In this document: in pieces, positions 13,441-25,924 of the stretch | Position numbering within the stretch: position 1 is the stretch's first letter | Layout of the letters: each line of letters starts with the position of its first letter | Origin: Macrostomum lignano | Taxonomy: Eukaryota | Reading direction: 5' to 3' | DNA: 64,000 bases | Assembly (NCBI GenBank): GCA_002269645.1 | Contig: NIVC01000613.1 | Span: 62,001 to 126,000 of the forward strand | Notes under the pieces: generated by a model | Seen by the model: only the letters and a program-made list of their open reading frames with translations | Databases searched by the model: none | What the model was told of the DNA's origin: nothing | Program-made: the position numbers and the translations under genes

Positions 13441-13919
13441 ACAACCCATTTTTGAGATGTGTTACTTTTGTCTATTGGAAAGTTGCCAAAGAAAGTTAAT
13501 CATATTTCTGCACACTCGAAATCAATATGAATGGAGTGGAGAGGGATATTTCGAACACATTACACAATGATACGACCGGGTACGCAGGGGACCGCAGCGA
13601 AAGCCGAAATGAATTGACAACAGCTGTTGTTGGAACAGGGGGGGGATTGCCTCATACACAAAGCCAGGAAACGAAGCCAAAAATCTATTAACATGACTCT
13701 GTCGGGGATTCGTCTGGCTAACCTCCATCCCAATTCAGTAATGGAGTGGCGGGCAGTGAGGTTGCTATGCAAATTGTCAATGCAAATATATTCCAATGTA
13801 TCAGAATGCTGGGTTCAAACAGATATTCCGAAATATTAAAGGGTTGGACTGACCGGCACCAGATATGCATCACAATGGCCGTGGCACGGGCCTGTTTTCC
13901 CTTAGGCGGAAGAAAAAGA

Positions 13920-13921
<2 letters not shown>

Positions 13922-13966
<45 letters not shown>
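13922..13966. repeat. (CA)n microsatellite
   Basis: Direct reading. Confidence 0.97.
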
Positions 13967-13968
<2 letters not shown>

Positions 13969-14554
13969 CTCCTTGCGGGCAGGGCGCGGGTCATATTGAA
14001 TTTGTGCCTTTCGCGATCGTAAATTATCCAGGGAGGGGTTGGCAGTCGGGCGCAAGGAGGCCCGGCGACACAAACTGGCGGAGCAACTCCCCAGTTTCAG
14101 ACACAACTGCAAATTGGCAAATCATCAGGCATGTACAGTCTCTGTGCCATGGGGACTGGACCTCGTGGGGTTTGTTAATTCTCGTGACCAAGCCTAATGG
14201 AACCAGGGCCCCATGAGTTGATGAAGCAATGTCACTGCAATTGCAAAAAGACTCTTCTTCTGCAACAGGCTGCAACAGGTGGTGAATCTATTTTCTTTGC
14301 TATTTACGCTTAGCTATGTTTATTGCTTAAGTTTTCTGCAATAAAATTCACACCTCTTTGTGAGCACTGTGTGAGCAGCTGATTGTTAAGCTTAGTAATA
14401 ATAATATTCTAGAAGACCCCTTTAGTTTAGTTGCTGAAATAGGAATATTTCAACTGTTTTATTCTGGAGTGGAGTCTGGAACTGAGGGACATATTGCTAG
14501 CCTGAAAGAAATTTGAGGGTAGCCTGAATGATTTTGGGAGGTCCCAAAGGATCA

Positions 14555-16140
14555 TGTATGTCCTGAGGGAATCGGGTATGTCCTGAGGGAATCGGGTATG
14601 TCCTGAGGGAATCGGGTATGTCCTGAGGGAATCGGGTATGTCCTGAGGGAATCGGGTATGTCCTGAGGGAATCGGGTATGTCCTGAGGGAATCGGGTATG
14701 TCCTGAGGGAATCGGGTATGTCCTGAGGGAATCGGGTATGTCCTGAGGGAATCGGGTATGTCCTGAGGGAATCGGGTAGTGTCCTGAGGGAATCGGGTAT
14801 GTCCTGAGGGAATCGGGTATGTCCTGAGGGAATCGGGTATGTCCTGAGGGAATCGGGTATGTCCTGAGGGAATCGGGTATGTCCTGAGGGAATCGGGTAT
14901 GTCCTGAGGGAATCGGGTATGTCCTGAGGGAATCGGGTATGTCCTGAGGGAATCGGGTATGTCCTGAGGGAATCGGGTATGTCCTGAGGGAATCGGGTAG
15001 TGTCCTGAGGGAATCGGGTATGTCCTGAGGGAATCAGGTATGTCCTGAGGGAATCGGGTATGTCCTGAGGGAATCGGGTATGTCCTGAGGGAATCGGGTA
15101 TGTCCTGAGGGAATCGGGTAGTGTCCTGAGGGAATCGGGTATGTCCTGAGGGAATCAGGTATGTCCTGAGGGAATCGGGTATGTCCTGAGAAAATCGGGT
15201 ATGTCCTGAGGGAATCGGGTATGTCCTGAGGGAATCGGGTATGTCCTGAGGGAATCGGGTATGTCCTGAGGGAATCGGGTATGTCCTGAGAAAATCGGGT
15301 ATGTCCTGAGGGAATCGGGTATGTCCTGAGGGAATCGGGTAGTGTCCTGAGGGAATCGGGTATGTCCTGAGGGAATCAGGTATGTCCTGAGGGAATCGGG
15401 TATGTCCTGAGAAAATCGGGTATGTCCTGAGGGAATCGGGTATGTCCTGAGGGAATCGGGTAGTGTCCTGAGGGAATCGGGTATGTCCTGAGGGAATCAG
15501 GTATGTCCTGAGGGAATCGGGTATGTCCTGAGAAAATCGGGTATGTCCTGAGGGAATCGGGTATGTCCTGAGGGAATCGGGTATGTCCTGAGGGAATCGG
15601 GTATGTCCTGAGGGAATCGGGTATGTCCTGAGAAAATCGGGTATGTCCTGAGGGAATCGGGTATGTCCTGAGGGAATCGGGTATGTCCTGAGGGAATCGG
15701 GTATGTCCTGAGGGAATCGGGTATGTCCTGAGGGAATCGGGTATATCTTGAAAGATCGGGTATGTACTGAAGGATCGGGTAGTGTCCTGAAGGATCGGGT
15801 AGTGTCCTGAAGGATCGGGTAGTGTCCTGAAGGATCGGGTAGTGTCCTGAAGGATCGGGTAGTGTCCTGAAGGATCGAGTAGTGTCCTGAAGGGTCGAGT
15901 AGTGTCCTGAAGGGTCGAGTAGTGTCCTGAAGGGTCGAGTAGTGTTCTGAAGGGTCGAGTAGTGTCCTGAAGGGTCGAGTAGTGTTCTGAAGGGTCGAGT
16001 AGTGTTCTGAAGGGTCGAGTAGTGTTCTGAAGGGTCGAGTAGTGTTCTGAAGGGTCGAGTAGTGTTCTGAAGGGTCGAGTAGTGTTCTGAAGGGTCGAGT
16101 AGTGTTCTGAAGGGTAGGGTAGTGTCCTGAAGGATTGGGT
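14555..16140. repeat. 20-bp minisatellite (GTCCTGAGGGAATCGGGTAT) grading into GTTCTGAAGGGTCGAGTAGT
   Basis: Direct reading; the unit changes progressively from about 15760 rightwards. Confidence 0.96.
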
Positions 16141-16459
16141 GGTGTTTTGAGGGATTCGGAACGTTCATTTCAAGCCCGTTTACATCATAAGTAAAGTTGC
16201 AAAGGCGAAATTCTCAACTTAGCTTACTCAGATCAATTGATGCAACATCAAAGAGGGGGTTGATTTCTATCAGATGCCTGTTTGCCTGGGCGCATCGAAT
16301 ACTTTCTATCGCTGATTGACAGTGATGAAAAACACAACTGATTCCGGATGTCCGTAGCGGCTAAATAGAAGCCCCACTGCCCAGATGACAGGATTATCAA
16401 ATTTCAAGCGATATCAACCTTCATAATGTTGATAATATTGATTCGTGAATGCGTTCATA

Positions 16460-17570
16460 GGTGAGGTTATGAGTGAGTTCATGAGTGAGTTCATGAGTGA
16501 GTTCATGAGCAAGTTCATGAGTGAGTTTATGATGGATTTCATGAATGATTTTATGAGTGAGTTCATGAGTGAGTTCTTAAGTGAGTTTATGAAAGAGTTC
16601 ATTAGCGAGTTCATGAGTGAGTTGGTGAGCGAGTTCATGAATGAGTTCATGAGTGAGTTCATGAGCGAGTTCATGAGTGAGTTCATGAGCGAGTTCATGA
16701 GTGAGTTCATGAGCGAGTTCATGAGCGAGTTCATGAGTGAGTTGGTGAGCGAGTTCATGAATGAGTTCATGAGTGAGTTCATGAGCGAGTTCATGAGTGA
16801 GTTCATGAGCGAGTTCATGAGTGAGTTCATGAGCGAGTTCATGAGTGAGTTCATGAGTGAGTTCATGAGCGAGTTCATGAGTGAGTTGGTGAGCGAGTTC
16901 ATGAGCGAGTTCATGAGTGAGTTCATGAGCGAGTTCATGAGCGAGTTCATGAGCGAGTTCATGAGTGAGTTCATGAGTGAGTTCATGAGCGAGTTCATGA
17001 GTGAGTTGGTGAGCGAGTTCATGAGCGAGTTCATGAGCGAGTTTATGAGTGAGTTCATGAGTGAGTTCATGAGCGAGTTCATGAGTGAGTTGGTGAGCGA
17101 GTTCATGAGCGAGTTCATGAGTGAGTTCATGAGCGAGTTCATGAGCGAGTTCATGAGTGAGTTCTTCAGTGAGTTTATGATGGAGTTCATGAGTGAGTTC
17201 ATGAGTGAGTTTATGATGGAGTTCATGAGTGAGTTCATGAGCGAGTTCATGAGTGAGTTTATGAGCGAGTTCATGAGTGAGTTGGTGAGCGAGTTCATGA
17301 ATGAGTTCATGAGTGAGTTCATGAGTGAGTTGGTGAGCGAGTTCATGATTGAGTTCTTCAGTGAGTTTATGATGGAGTTCATGAGTGAGTTCATGAGCGA
17401 GTTCATGAGTGAGTTTATGATGGAGTTCATGAGTGAGTTCATGAGCGAGTTCATGAGTGAGTTGATGAGCGAGTTCATGGGTGAGTTAATGAGCGAGTTC
17501 ATGAGTGAGTTGGTGAGCGAGTTCATGATTGTTTCTTCAGTGAGTTTATGATGGAGTTCATGAGTGAAGT
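16460..17570. repeat. 12-bp minisatellite (GAGTTCATGAGT/C)
   Basis: Direct reading. Confidence 0.96.
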
Positions 17571-18094
17571 TCTACAAAACCAACAACCCAGAACAGTCGA
17601 CTCACACGAATCGTAGAAGTCGGCAGATTATGTTTTAGACTCAGACGGTCTTTTTCCTATCTTCTGTCTTCTGCAACAGCAGGTGGTGTCCAAAGCCAAG
17701 GAGAGAGCATGCAGCTACGACCCTACTGGCCCGTTGCTGGGCCGGAGCCCAAGGAGCATGCTTTATGCAACCCGCCATTCTGCAGTGGAGTTTTTATTGC
17801 CGCCAACCAATGAGAACTGCCACAGCCATTGTGCCTGCGCTATATTGGCCCAATGGTTGAATGCTTGGCTCCGGGTTCTTTATATCGACTCAAAGCTTGT
17901 ATGGATACTACTGATGCGTTTGAATAGTCAGTAGTCAGATATGCAAATTTGATACCTTAGAAAATTATGTTTAAAAATAAATGAAAGAAGCTTAAAAATG
18001 TGACAATATAGAAAATTTATTGGCATTATTTCGTTGAAGATTGATTTGAGTTGCTTTGGGACATGAATTCAAAAAGTTTCACATGCTCACTTCT

Positions 18095-18540
18095 GTCAGT
18101 GCTCACTAATTGTGTCAGTGCTCACTAATGGTGTCAGTGCTCACAATTTGTGTCAGTGCTCACTAATTGTGTCAGTGCTCACAATTTGTGTCAGTGCTCA
18201 CTAATTGTGTCAGTGCTCACTAATTGTGTCAGTGCTCACTAATTGTGTCAGTGCTCACTAATTGTGTCAGTGCTCACTAATTGTGTCAGTGCTCACTAAT
18301 TGTGTCAGTGCTCACTAATTGTGTCAGTGCTCACTAATTGTGTCAGTGCTCACTAATTGTGTCAGTGCTCACTAATTGTGTCAGTGCTCACTAATTGTCA
18401 GTGCTCACTAATTGTGTCAGTGCTCACTAATTGTGTCAGTGCTCACTAATGGTGTCAGTGCTCACTAATTGTGTCAGTGCTCACTAATTGTGTCAGTGCT
18501 CACTAATTGTGTCAGTGCTCACTAATTGTGTCAGTGCTCA
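18095..18540. repeat. 19-bp minisatellite (TGTGTCAGTGCTCACTAAT), about 23 copies
   Basis: Direct reading. Confidence 0.96.
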
Positions 18541-19080
18541 AGTGTGCATAGCCATCCGATTTGCAAAATGGACTTCTAATTTTTTTAGAGAAAGATTCGT
18601 ACCTATGAGGGCTGACCCTAAACTAACAATAAACAAACCACACTACTTTCAATACAGTACTAAGCATCCGAATTTTTCTATCGAAAACACTAGAAAGTAA
18701 AAGAGGCCATCTAACGAGACAGAAATGGCTCAACTATTAGTAAAAGCAGCCGAAAATCTCCGAAATAAGGAAAGGAATACCTTTGATTTACTCTTGTCTA
18801 TCCAAACCAACAGTCACCTACTTGCCTACATTTCATTTGGCTACAAGATCGGCAAAGCTCACAGACTTCTCTCTCTCTCTCTCTCCAGTTACCTTTGGCT
18901 ATTTTAACACCGTGCGTGGCCTCACGAAAGTCATGCATGCTATTAAAAAAACTGCTGGCTGTGTGTATCGAGTCTTATCTGACATGCCAACCCCTGTCTC
19001 TCCGTGCGCACCCAGCATAAATTCTAGCCCGTCTCGGCATAAGGCACTAAAATTCTCAGACTGGTGAACACCTGGAAACA

Positions 19081-19332
19081 ATGTCTTCGAATAGTTTAAC
19101 AGGTGGCCAAGCCAACGACAGCATATCGCTGGGTTCAAGCAGCTCAGATCAGAGCGGACGGCAAGATCAACAAGCCAACAGTCGGGTCAAGGAGCTGGTT
19201 ATCGAGCGGCCAGCAGGCGGTCGGAAGTCCTACGGATTTGCAATTCGGACCTTTCGAATCCTGACTGTCCGGGGTCGCTGTGAGAGCCTGTCGTATGTGG
19301 ACTACGTGGAGGATGGCAGCCCCGCTTGGCAG
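19081..19332 (+). CDS. GRASP: GRASP/Tamalin/CYTIP-like PDZ scaffold, coding exon 1
   Basis: VKELVIERPAGGRKSYGFAIRTF...SYVDYVEDGSPAWQ is the first half of a PDZ domain. Phase-0 donor CAG|GTAGGG at 19333. An acceptor TTCTCAG at 19059 lies just upstream of the ATG. Confidence 0.8.
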
Positions 19333-19335
19333 GTA

Positions 19336-20636
19336 GGGGCTCTGGAAATTGGAACTTCAGGAGAGCTGAGATTGGAACTTCAGGGGCTCTGGAAATTGGA
19401 ACTTCAGGAGAGCTGAGATTGGAACTTCAGGGGCTCTGGAAATTGGAACTTCAGGGGCTCTGAAAATTGGAACTTCAGGGGCTCTGGAAATTGGAACTTC
19501 AGGGGCTCTGGAAATTGGAACTTCAGGGCTCTGGAAATTGGAAATTCAGGGGCTCTGGAAATTGGAACTTCAGGGGCTCTGGAAATTGGAAATTCAGGGG
19601 CTCTGGAAATTGGAACTTCAGGGGCTCTGGAAATTGGAACTTCAGGGGCTCTGGAAATTGGAAATTCAGGGGCTCTGGCAATTGGAACTTCAGGGGCTCT
19701 TGAAATTGGAACTTCAGGGGCTCTGGCAATTGGAACTTCAGGGGCTCTTGAAATTGGAACTTCAGGGGCTCTGGAAATTGGAACTTCAGGGGCTCTGGAA
19801 ATTGGAACTTCAAGGGCTCTGGAAATAGAAACTTCAGGGGATCTGGAAATTGGAACTTCAGGGGAGCTGAAATTGGAACTTCAGGGGCTCTGGAAATTGG
19901 AACTTCAGGGGAGCTGAAATTGGAACTTCAGGGGAACTAAAACTAGACCTTCAGGGGAGCTTGTTGTGGCGTGAGTACTAAGTACTAGTATTGAGTACTT
20001 CAGTTGCATCGTATTTATGTTTCAACAATACTGTATTCAACTCAAGCATTGCGTACATGTAACATTTAGCCAATCGGCCAGGTGTTATACACCCAACGTG
20101 CACGGTTCACTAAAGCAGCGAAGTCAGTCGAGACTCTACAATTCTTATTCTCAATTCTCACTCGCATAAAACCCACGCGTTCAATACACAACAGAGCTGA
20201 AACTAGACCTACAGGAAACTGAAACTAGACCTTCAGGAAAACTGAACCTAAACCTTCAGGAAACTGAAACTAGACCTTCAGGAAACTGAAACTAGACCTT
20301 CAGGGAAACTGAAACTAGACCTTCAGGAAAACTGAACCTATACCTTCAGGAAACTGAACCTAAACCTTCAGGAAACTGAAACTAGACCTTCAGGAAACTG
20401 AAACTAGACCTTCAGGAAAATGAAACTAGACCTTCAGGAAACTGAAACTAGACCTTCAGGAAAACTGAACCTAAACCTTCAGGAAACTGAAACTAGACCT
20501 TCAGGAAACTGAAACTAGACCTTCAGGAAACTGAACCTAGACCTTCAGGAAACTGAAACTATACCTTCAAGAAACTGAAACTAGACCTTCAGGAAACTGA
20601 AACTAGACCTTCAGGGAAGCTGAAACTAGACCTTCG
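19336..20636. repeat. Two related intronic minisatellites: 24-bp GGGCTCTGGAAATTGGAACTTCAG and 21-22-bp GAAACTGAAACTAGACCTTCAG
   Basis: Direct reading. Transitional units occur at 19860-19960, and the array is split by a solo LTR. Confidence 0.94.
19962..20193 (+). mobile_element. Solo LTR, 232 bp
   Basis: Ends TGTTGTG...CACAACA. 5-bp target duplication GAGCT (19957-19961 and 20194-20198) taken from the host minisatellite unit. Confidence 0.82.
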
Positions 20637-20697
20637 AGACAGCTTAAAGTAGACTTTGATTGAAGCTGAAATAATCAAATCCGTCATTATCCCGCAG

Positions 20698-21015
20698 GCG
20701 GGGCTGCTCCCAGGTCACGTGCTCATCTCGGTGAACAATTTCTCAGTAGAAGCAGTCGAGCACCGTCTAATTGAGGACCGAATTCGCAGCTGCCACCAGC
20801 GGATGGTGCTTCGAGTTCGGTTCGAGAATGTTGCCGAGCGAGTGGAACTGGCCAGGCGAGCTCTGAGGCTGAGGCGCCTCATCAGGGAGAAGCTGTCCGC
20901 CCTGAAGCAGATCGAAGACAGACAGAAGAAACTTGTAGAAGAAGCGTCAGAGTTGGTTGCAATTGCGAAACGAAAAGATAGTCGACAGACAGAAGAAGCT
21001 AAATCTGACATTTAG
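20698..21015 (+). CDS. GRASP: GRASP/Tamalin/CYTIP-like PDZ scaffold, coding exon 2 (PDZ end plus coiled coil)
   Basis: Acceptor CCCGCAG|GCG, phase 0. AGLLPGHVLISVNNFSVEAVEHRLIEDRIRSC...ERVELARRALRLRRLIREK matches the recalled GRASP/CYTIP pattern AGLxPGDxIxSVNG...ELxxRLxxLKxxLxEK. The joined product is 189 aa. Confidence 0.8.
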   Translation, partial: AGLLPGHVLISVNNFSVEAVEHRLIEDRIRSCHQRMVLRVRFENVAERVELARRALRLRRLIREKLSALKQIEDRQKKLVEEASELVAIAKRKDSRQTEEAKSDI

Positions 21016-21834
21016 TTGACTTGATTGGAGTTTTTAAAGGCTTAAAATCTCTTGCGTCTGTATTAAAGTTTTCGATTATGTACTGCTACATTCATTACAT
21101 GTCCATTTTATTCCTTCATCAGTGATGCCGGCTAGATTAGCAATCCATTCTAATCCTTGATCCATTATGGCGTTGGCTAGATTAGCAATCCTCTCTAATC
21201 CTTTGTTAAAGGTTTTGTTTGGAAAACAGGAATTTCGCATACGAAAATAAAATGCTGTAACGCTGGACAGAGAAGCGAGATTCAAGTAAGCGAAGCAAGA
21301 TAATGGGAAAATTTTTTGGAAATTGAGGGAAAGCAAAAGCCGCTAAAAGCAGAGCAGAAGCAGCTGCTTGGAAATTGAAGTAAACGCGTTTTTAAAGATT
21401 TTTACACTCGCACTATGAGAAGCGAGCCAGGAAAGACAGCACACAGATTTTGCAAAGCATTTTGGCTACTTAAAAAAGCAGGCAATCAGCCATTGGAAAA
21501 AAAGTGTTTTCCAGGAAACGGGAGACAGTGTGAGCAGTTCAAGACGCGCCAAAGCAAAATACGATGGAAAACACTTTTTTCTATTAGTGGGGAAGAATGC
21601 CTGTCTGGCTCATTGCAAGCACGACATGGATATTGAATAATCGATTGCGGATGGGACGCACAGGCCTTTAAAAACTTCTTAGTGAATGTTTAGCATTCAA
21701 GCAGACTCTCTGTACGCGGTCTGCGAGGGAATTCTAATGGTTTTTTTAAACCTGATTAATGGCATCAGATCATGATTGGGAAGTTGTGTTTAAACAGATT
21801 CGCGAAATGCGATGCTTGGAGATGTGGCAGAAAA

Positions 21835-22945
21835 CTGAGGAAGGGAGAGAGGAAGGGAGAGAGGAAGGGAGAGAGGAAGGGAGAGAGGAGGGAGAGAGGA
21901 ATGGAGAGAGGAAGGGAGAGATAAAGGGAGAGAGGAAGGGAGAGAGGAATGGAGAGATAAAGGGAGAGAGGAAGGGAGAGAGGAAGGGAGAGAGGAAGGG
22001 AGAGAGGAGGGAGAGAGGAATGGAGAGATAAAAGGAGAGATGAATGGAGAGATAAAGGGAGAGAGGAAGGGAGAGAGGAATGGAGAGATAAAGGGAGAGA
22101 GGAAGGGAGAGAGGAAGGGAGAGAGGAAGGGAGAGAGGAGGGAGAGAGGAAGGGAGAGATAAAGGGAGAGAGGAAGGGAGAGATAAAGGGAGAGAGGAAG
22201 GGAGAGAGGAATGGAGAGATAAAGGGAGAGAGGAAGGGAGAGAGGAAGGGAGAGAGGAAGGGAGAGAGGAGGGAGAGAGGAATGGAGAGATAAAAGGAGA
22301 GATGAATGGAGAGATAAAGGGAGAGAGGAATGGAGAGATAAAGGGAGAGAGGAAGGGAGAGAGGAAGGGAGAGAGGAAGGGAGAGAGGAAGGGAGAGAGG
22401 AAGGGAGAGATAAAGGGAGAGAGGAAGGGAGAGATAAAGGGAGACAGGAAGGGAGAGATAAAGGGAGAGAGGAAGGGAGAGAGGAAGGGAGAGAGGAGGG
22501 AGAGAGGAATGGAGAGATAAAAGGAGAGATGAATGGAGAGATAAAGGGAGAGAGGAGGGAGAGAGGAATGGAGAGATAAAAGGAGAGATGAATGGAGAGA
22601 TAAAGGGAGAGAGGAATGGAGAGATAAAGGGAGAGAGGAAGGGAGAGAGGAAGGGAGAGAGGAAGGGAGAGATAAAGGGAGAGAGGAAGGGAGAGATAAA
22701 GGGAGACAGGAAGGGAGAGATAAAGGGAGAGAGGAAGGGAGAGAGGAAGGGAGAGAGGAAGGGAGAGATAAAGGGAGAGAGGAAGGGAGAGAGGAAGGGA
22801 GAGATAAAGGGAGAGAGGAAGGGAAAGAGGAAGGGAGAGATAAAGGGAGAGAGGAAGGGAGAGAGGAAGGGAGAGAGGAAGGGAGAGAGGAAAGGAGAGA
22901 AAAAGGGAGAGAGGAAGGGAGAGAGGAAGGGAGAGATAGGGAGAG
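21835..22945. repeat. GA-rich 12-bp repeat (GAAGGGAGAGAG with ATAAAG/AATG variants)
   Basis: Direct reading. Confidence 0.96.
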
Positions 22946-23519
22946 ACAAAGGGCAGACAAAAAGGCAGTCAGGGGATTTTGTAGCAGTCCGCAAACCGGG
23001 CCAGGTGCTGAGAGGCTGCTGTTTTTGAGGCGCCACTGTGCAGATGATCCCCTAAATATGGGAGCTACTCGTTAATCCCTCGGGCGGTATTTGAACTGGC
23101 AGGCCGGATGTCTCACGCGCTCGCTCGCCCTAAGGGGGTATCGAAATCTGAAAGCTGTCACGGGGCTACAAATGGCGAAATAAAATCAGTGAACTGGGGA
23201 GAGCTCGATAAGACAGCTGCTCAAATGAATATTCGGTTTAAGTGATTTAACTTGTTGAAAATGAGCTTTGCTTGAGTGCTTTTTTTAATCGCCTCAAAGA
23301 CTGATTAAGGCGATGGAGGTTGCCTCGTGTTCGAGTAATGGCTGTTCATTGACTCAGCTTCAGCTTAAATGAGGATCTGGGTGGGGGGGACGAGAGGAGT
23401 GAGCGGTGATTGAGACTGACTAATTTTTGAGCAAACACAACTGCTCAGGAAGAGTTCAATTCTTGCTAAAATTTGTGGCATGGCTGTCTGCATTCTAGAG
23501 ATCTGTCTTCAGCTCAAGC

Positions 23520-24420
23520 AGCTGTCTCAGATTCAATTTGATTCTGTCTCAGATTCAAATTCTGTCTCAGATTCAAATTCTGTCTCAGATTCTGTCTCAG
23601 ATTCTGTCTCAGATTCAAATTTTGTCTCAGATTCTGTCTCAGATTGTGTCTCAGATTGTGTCTCAGATTGTGTCTCAGATTGTGTCTCAGATTGTGTCTC
23701 AGATTCTGTCTCAGATTGTGTCTCAGATTGTGTCTCAGATTGTGTCTCAGATTCAATTTGATTCTGTCTCAGATTCAAATTCTGTCTCAGATTCTGTCTC
23801 AGATTGTGTCTCAGATTCAATTTGATTCTGTCTCAGATTCAAATTCTGTCTCAGATTGTGTCTCAGATTGTGTCTCAGATTGTGTCTCAGATTCAATTTG
23901 ATTCTGTCTCAGATTCAAATTCTGTCTCAGATTCTGTCTCAGATTGTGTCTCAGATTGTGTCTCAGACTGTGTCTCAGATTGTGTCTCAGATTGTGTCTC
24001 AGATTGTGTCTCAGATTCAATTTGATTCTGTCTCAGATTCAAATTCTGTCTCAGATTCTGTCTCAGATTGTGTCTCAGATTCTGTCTCAGATTGTGTCTC
24101 AGATTGTGTCTCAGATTCAATTTGATTCTGTCTCAGATTCAAATTCTGTCTCAGATTCTGTCTCAGATTGTGTCTCAGATTCAATTTGATTTTGTCTCAG
24201 ATTCAAATTGATTCTGTCTCAGATTGTGTCTCAGATTCAATTTGATTTTGTCTCAGATTCAAATTCTGTCTCAGATTCTGTCTCAGATTCTGTCTCAGAT
24301 TGTGTCTCAGATTCAATTTGATTCTGTCTCAGATTCAGTCTCAGATTCAGTCTCAGATTCAGTCTCAGATTCAGTCTCAGATTCAGTCTCAGATTGTGTC
24401 TCAGATTCCCTCCTCAGATT
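23520..24420. repeat. 12-bp repeat (TCTCAGATTGTG) with recurring 18/22-bp variant cassettes
   Basis: Direct reading. Confidence 0.96.
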
Positions 24421-25239
24421 CACTATCAGCCTCATCCTTATCGCTGCCGCTTCTTAAACGAATCAAAACTCGAAGAAGCTGCTGCAGCAGAGCTGAGTCC
24501 TGCTGTGATCAATTGAATGGCATAATTGAAAATTTCGATCCATTTTGCTGCAGCCCCTGGCGGGCAGAAGACTGAGAAACCGCAGAAGATGAAGCTCAGG
24601 AAAATATATGATCTGTAATCAGCATGGTTCCATCATCACGGAACTCAAATTCTGATGAAGGCGCTATGAGAGTTAGATAAATCAATTATTATCCTATTAT
24701 ATTGATATTAATTCCCCCCAATCCGGCACTTTGATGCGGGGCCGCAACTCTCAGTCGCTGCTTCTTCAAACTTCATCAGTTCCTCATCCCGAATCTCCGG
24801 TGTCTCCGATTTCTTCAACAAACAAATCAGAGAGAATCGCAAGGCTGTTTGTTGGGCGATTGGGGGGGCCTGGGTTATTGAATTTTCCCCCAAGGAGAAT
24901 AATTTTGATTAGTATTTTGATGACACAGGCAGGTGCAATCGAGATGAAGACGGTCCGGAGACTCCTAATTGATAGATAAACTGAAAACAATCTCCCAGCA
25001 TGCGGCTGGCTGTCCCGAACCAAAGCAAACCGAGCGTGGCCAATCGGCCAACCAACCTGATATCCCCTTAAATGCGGTCGAGTTTTGGGAATTCGCCAGC
25101 TGCCGGGAAACGAGTTGTTAAGAGGAAGGTGCAAGAAGACCCGGGCAAAGGAGGCAAAGAAGAAATTCGAGCACAAGGTTGAGAGCCGAGCACGATTCTG
25201 GTCTGCAGCTTTGAGACTCGAAAAAGTGATTTTCGAAGA

Positions 25240-25550
25240 TTTTCTAAGAAAGCTGGCCAGCGTGTGACCTATTTAGTTTTTCTAAGAAAACTGAAATGTT
25301 GGTCAGCGTGTGACCTATTTAATATTTTCTAAGAAAACTGGAAGTGTTGGTCAGCGTGTGCCCTATTTAAGATTTTCTAAGAAAACTGGAAATGTTGGTC
25401 AGCGTGTGCCCTATTTAAGATTTTCTAAGAAAGCTGGAAATGTTGGTCAGCGTGTGACCTATTTAAGATTTTCTAAGAGAATTGGAAATGTTGGTCAGCT
25501 TGTGATCTATTTGATGTTTTCTAAGAAAACAGGAAATTTTGGTCAGCGTG
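25240..25550. repeat. 48-bp degenerate minisatellite, about 6 copies, upstream of the homeobox gene
   Basis: Unit TTTTCTAAGAAAACTGGAAATGTTGGTCAGCGTGTGACCTATTTAAGA read directly. Confidence 0.9.
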
Positions 25551-25924
25551 TGTGCATTTGTTGGACGACAATAAGAGAAGTTTGCAATGCTCATCGGATA
25601 CTGCAGTTTCTTAGAAATTTAATGCCAAATTCGAATTTTTTCAACTGATAGAACCGCTATGTCAATCTTAGAATCGAACGCTAAATCCACCTATACTAAA
25701 TCTCTAAGATCCTAACTAAATCTTGCTTTGAGGATGTGGCCGGAAAATCGCAGCCAATGACGAGAAACCACAGGCAGAGTTAAGAGAGCGGGCTGATGGG
25801 GTTGCTTAAAATGAGACTGAAAAAAAGCAGAAAAAGAAAATTCTGGATTGATAAAAAATCAGCGGCGATATCTAAGATCTATCAATTCCTCTATCAATCT
25901 ATCAATCGATCTATCAATCTGAGC

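Noticed and set aside
17640-17934. Strong pyrimidine tract and CAG at about 17680 with an 83-aa ORF, as an upstream GRASP exon; AGACGGTCT resembling a flatworm spliced leader
   Set aside because: No convincing donor or recognisable peptide; the SL similarity is only about 9 nt and there is no Sm site.
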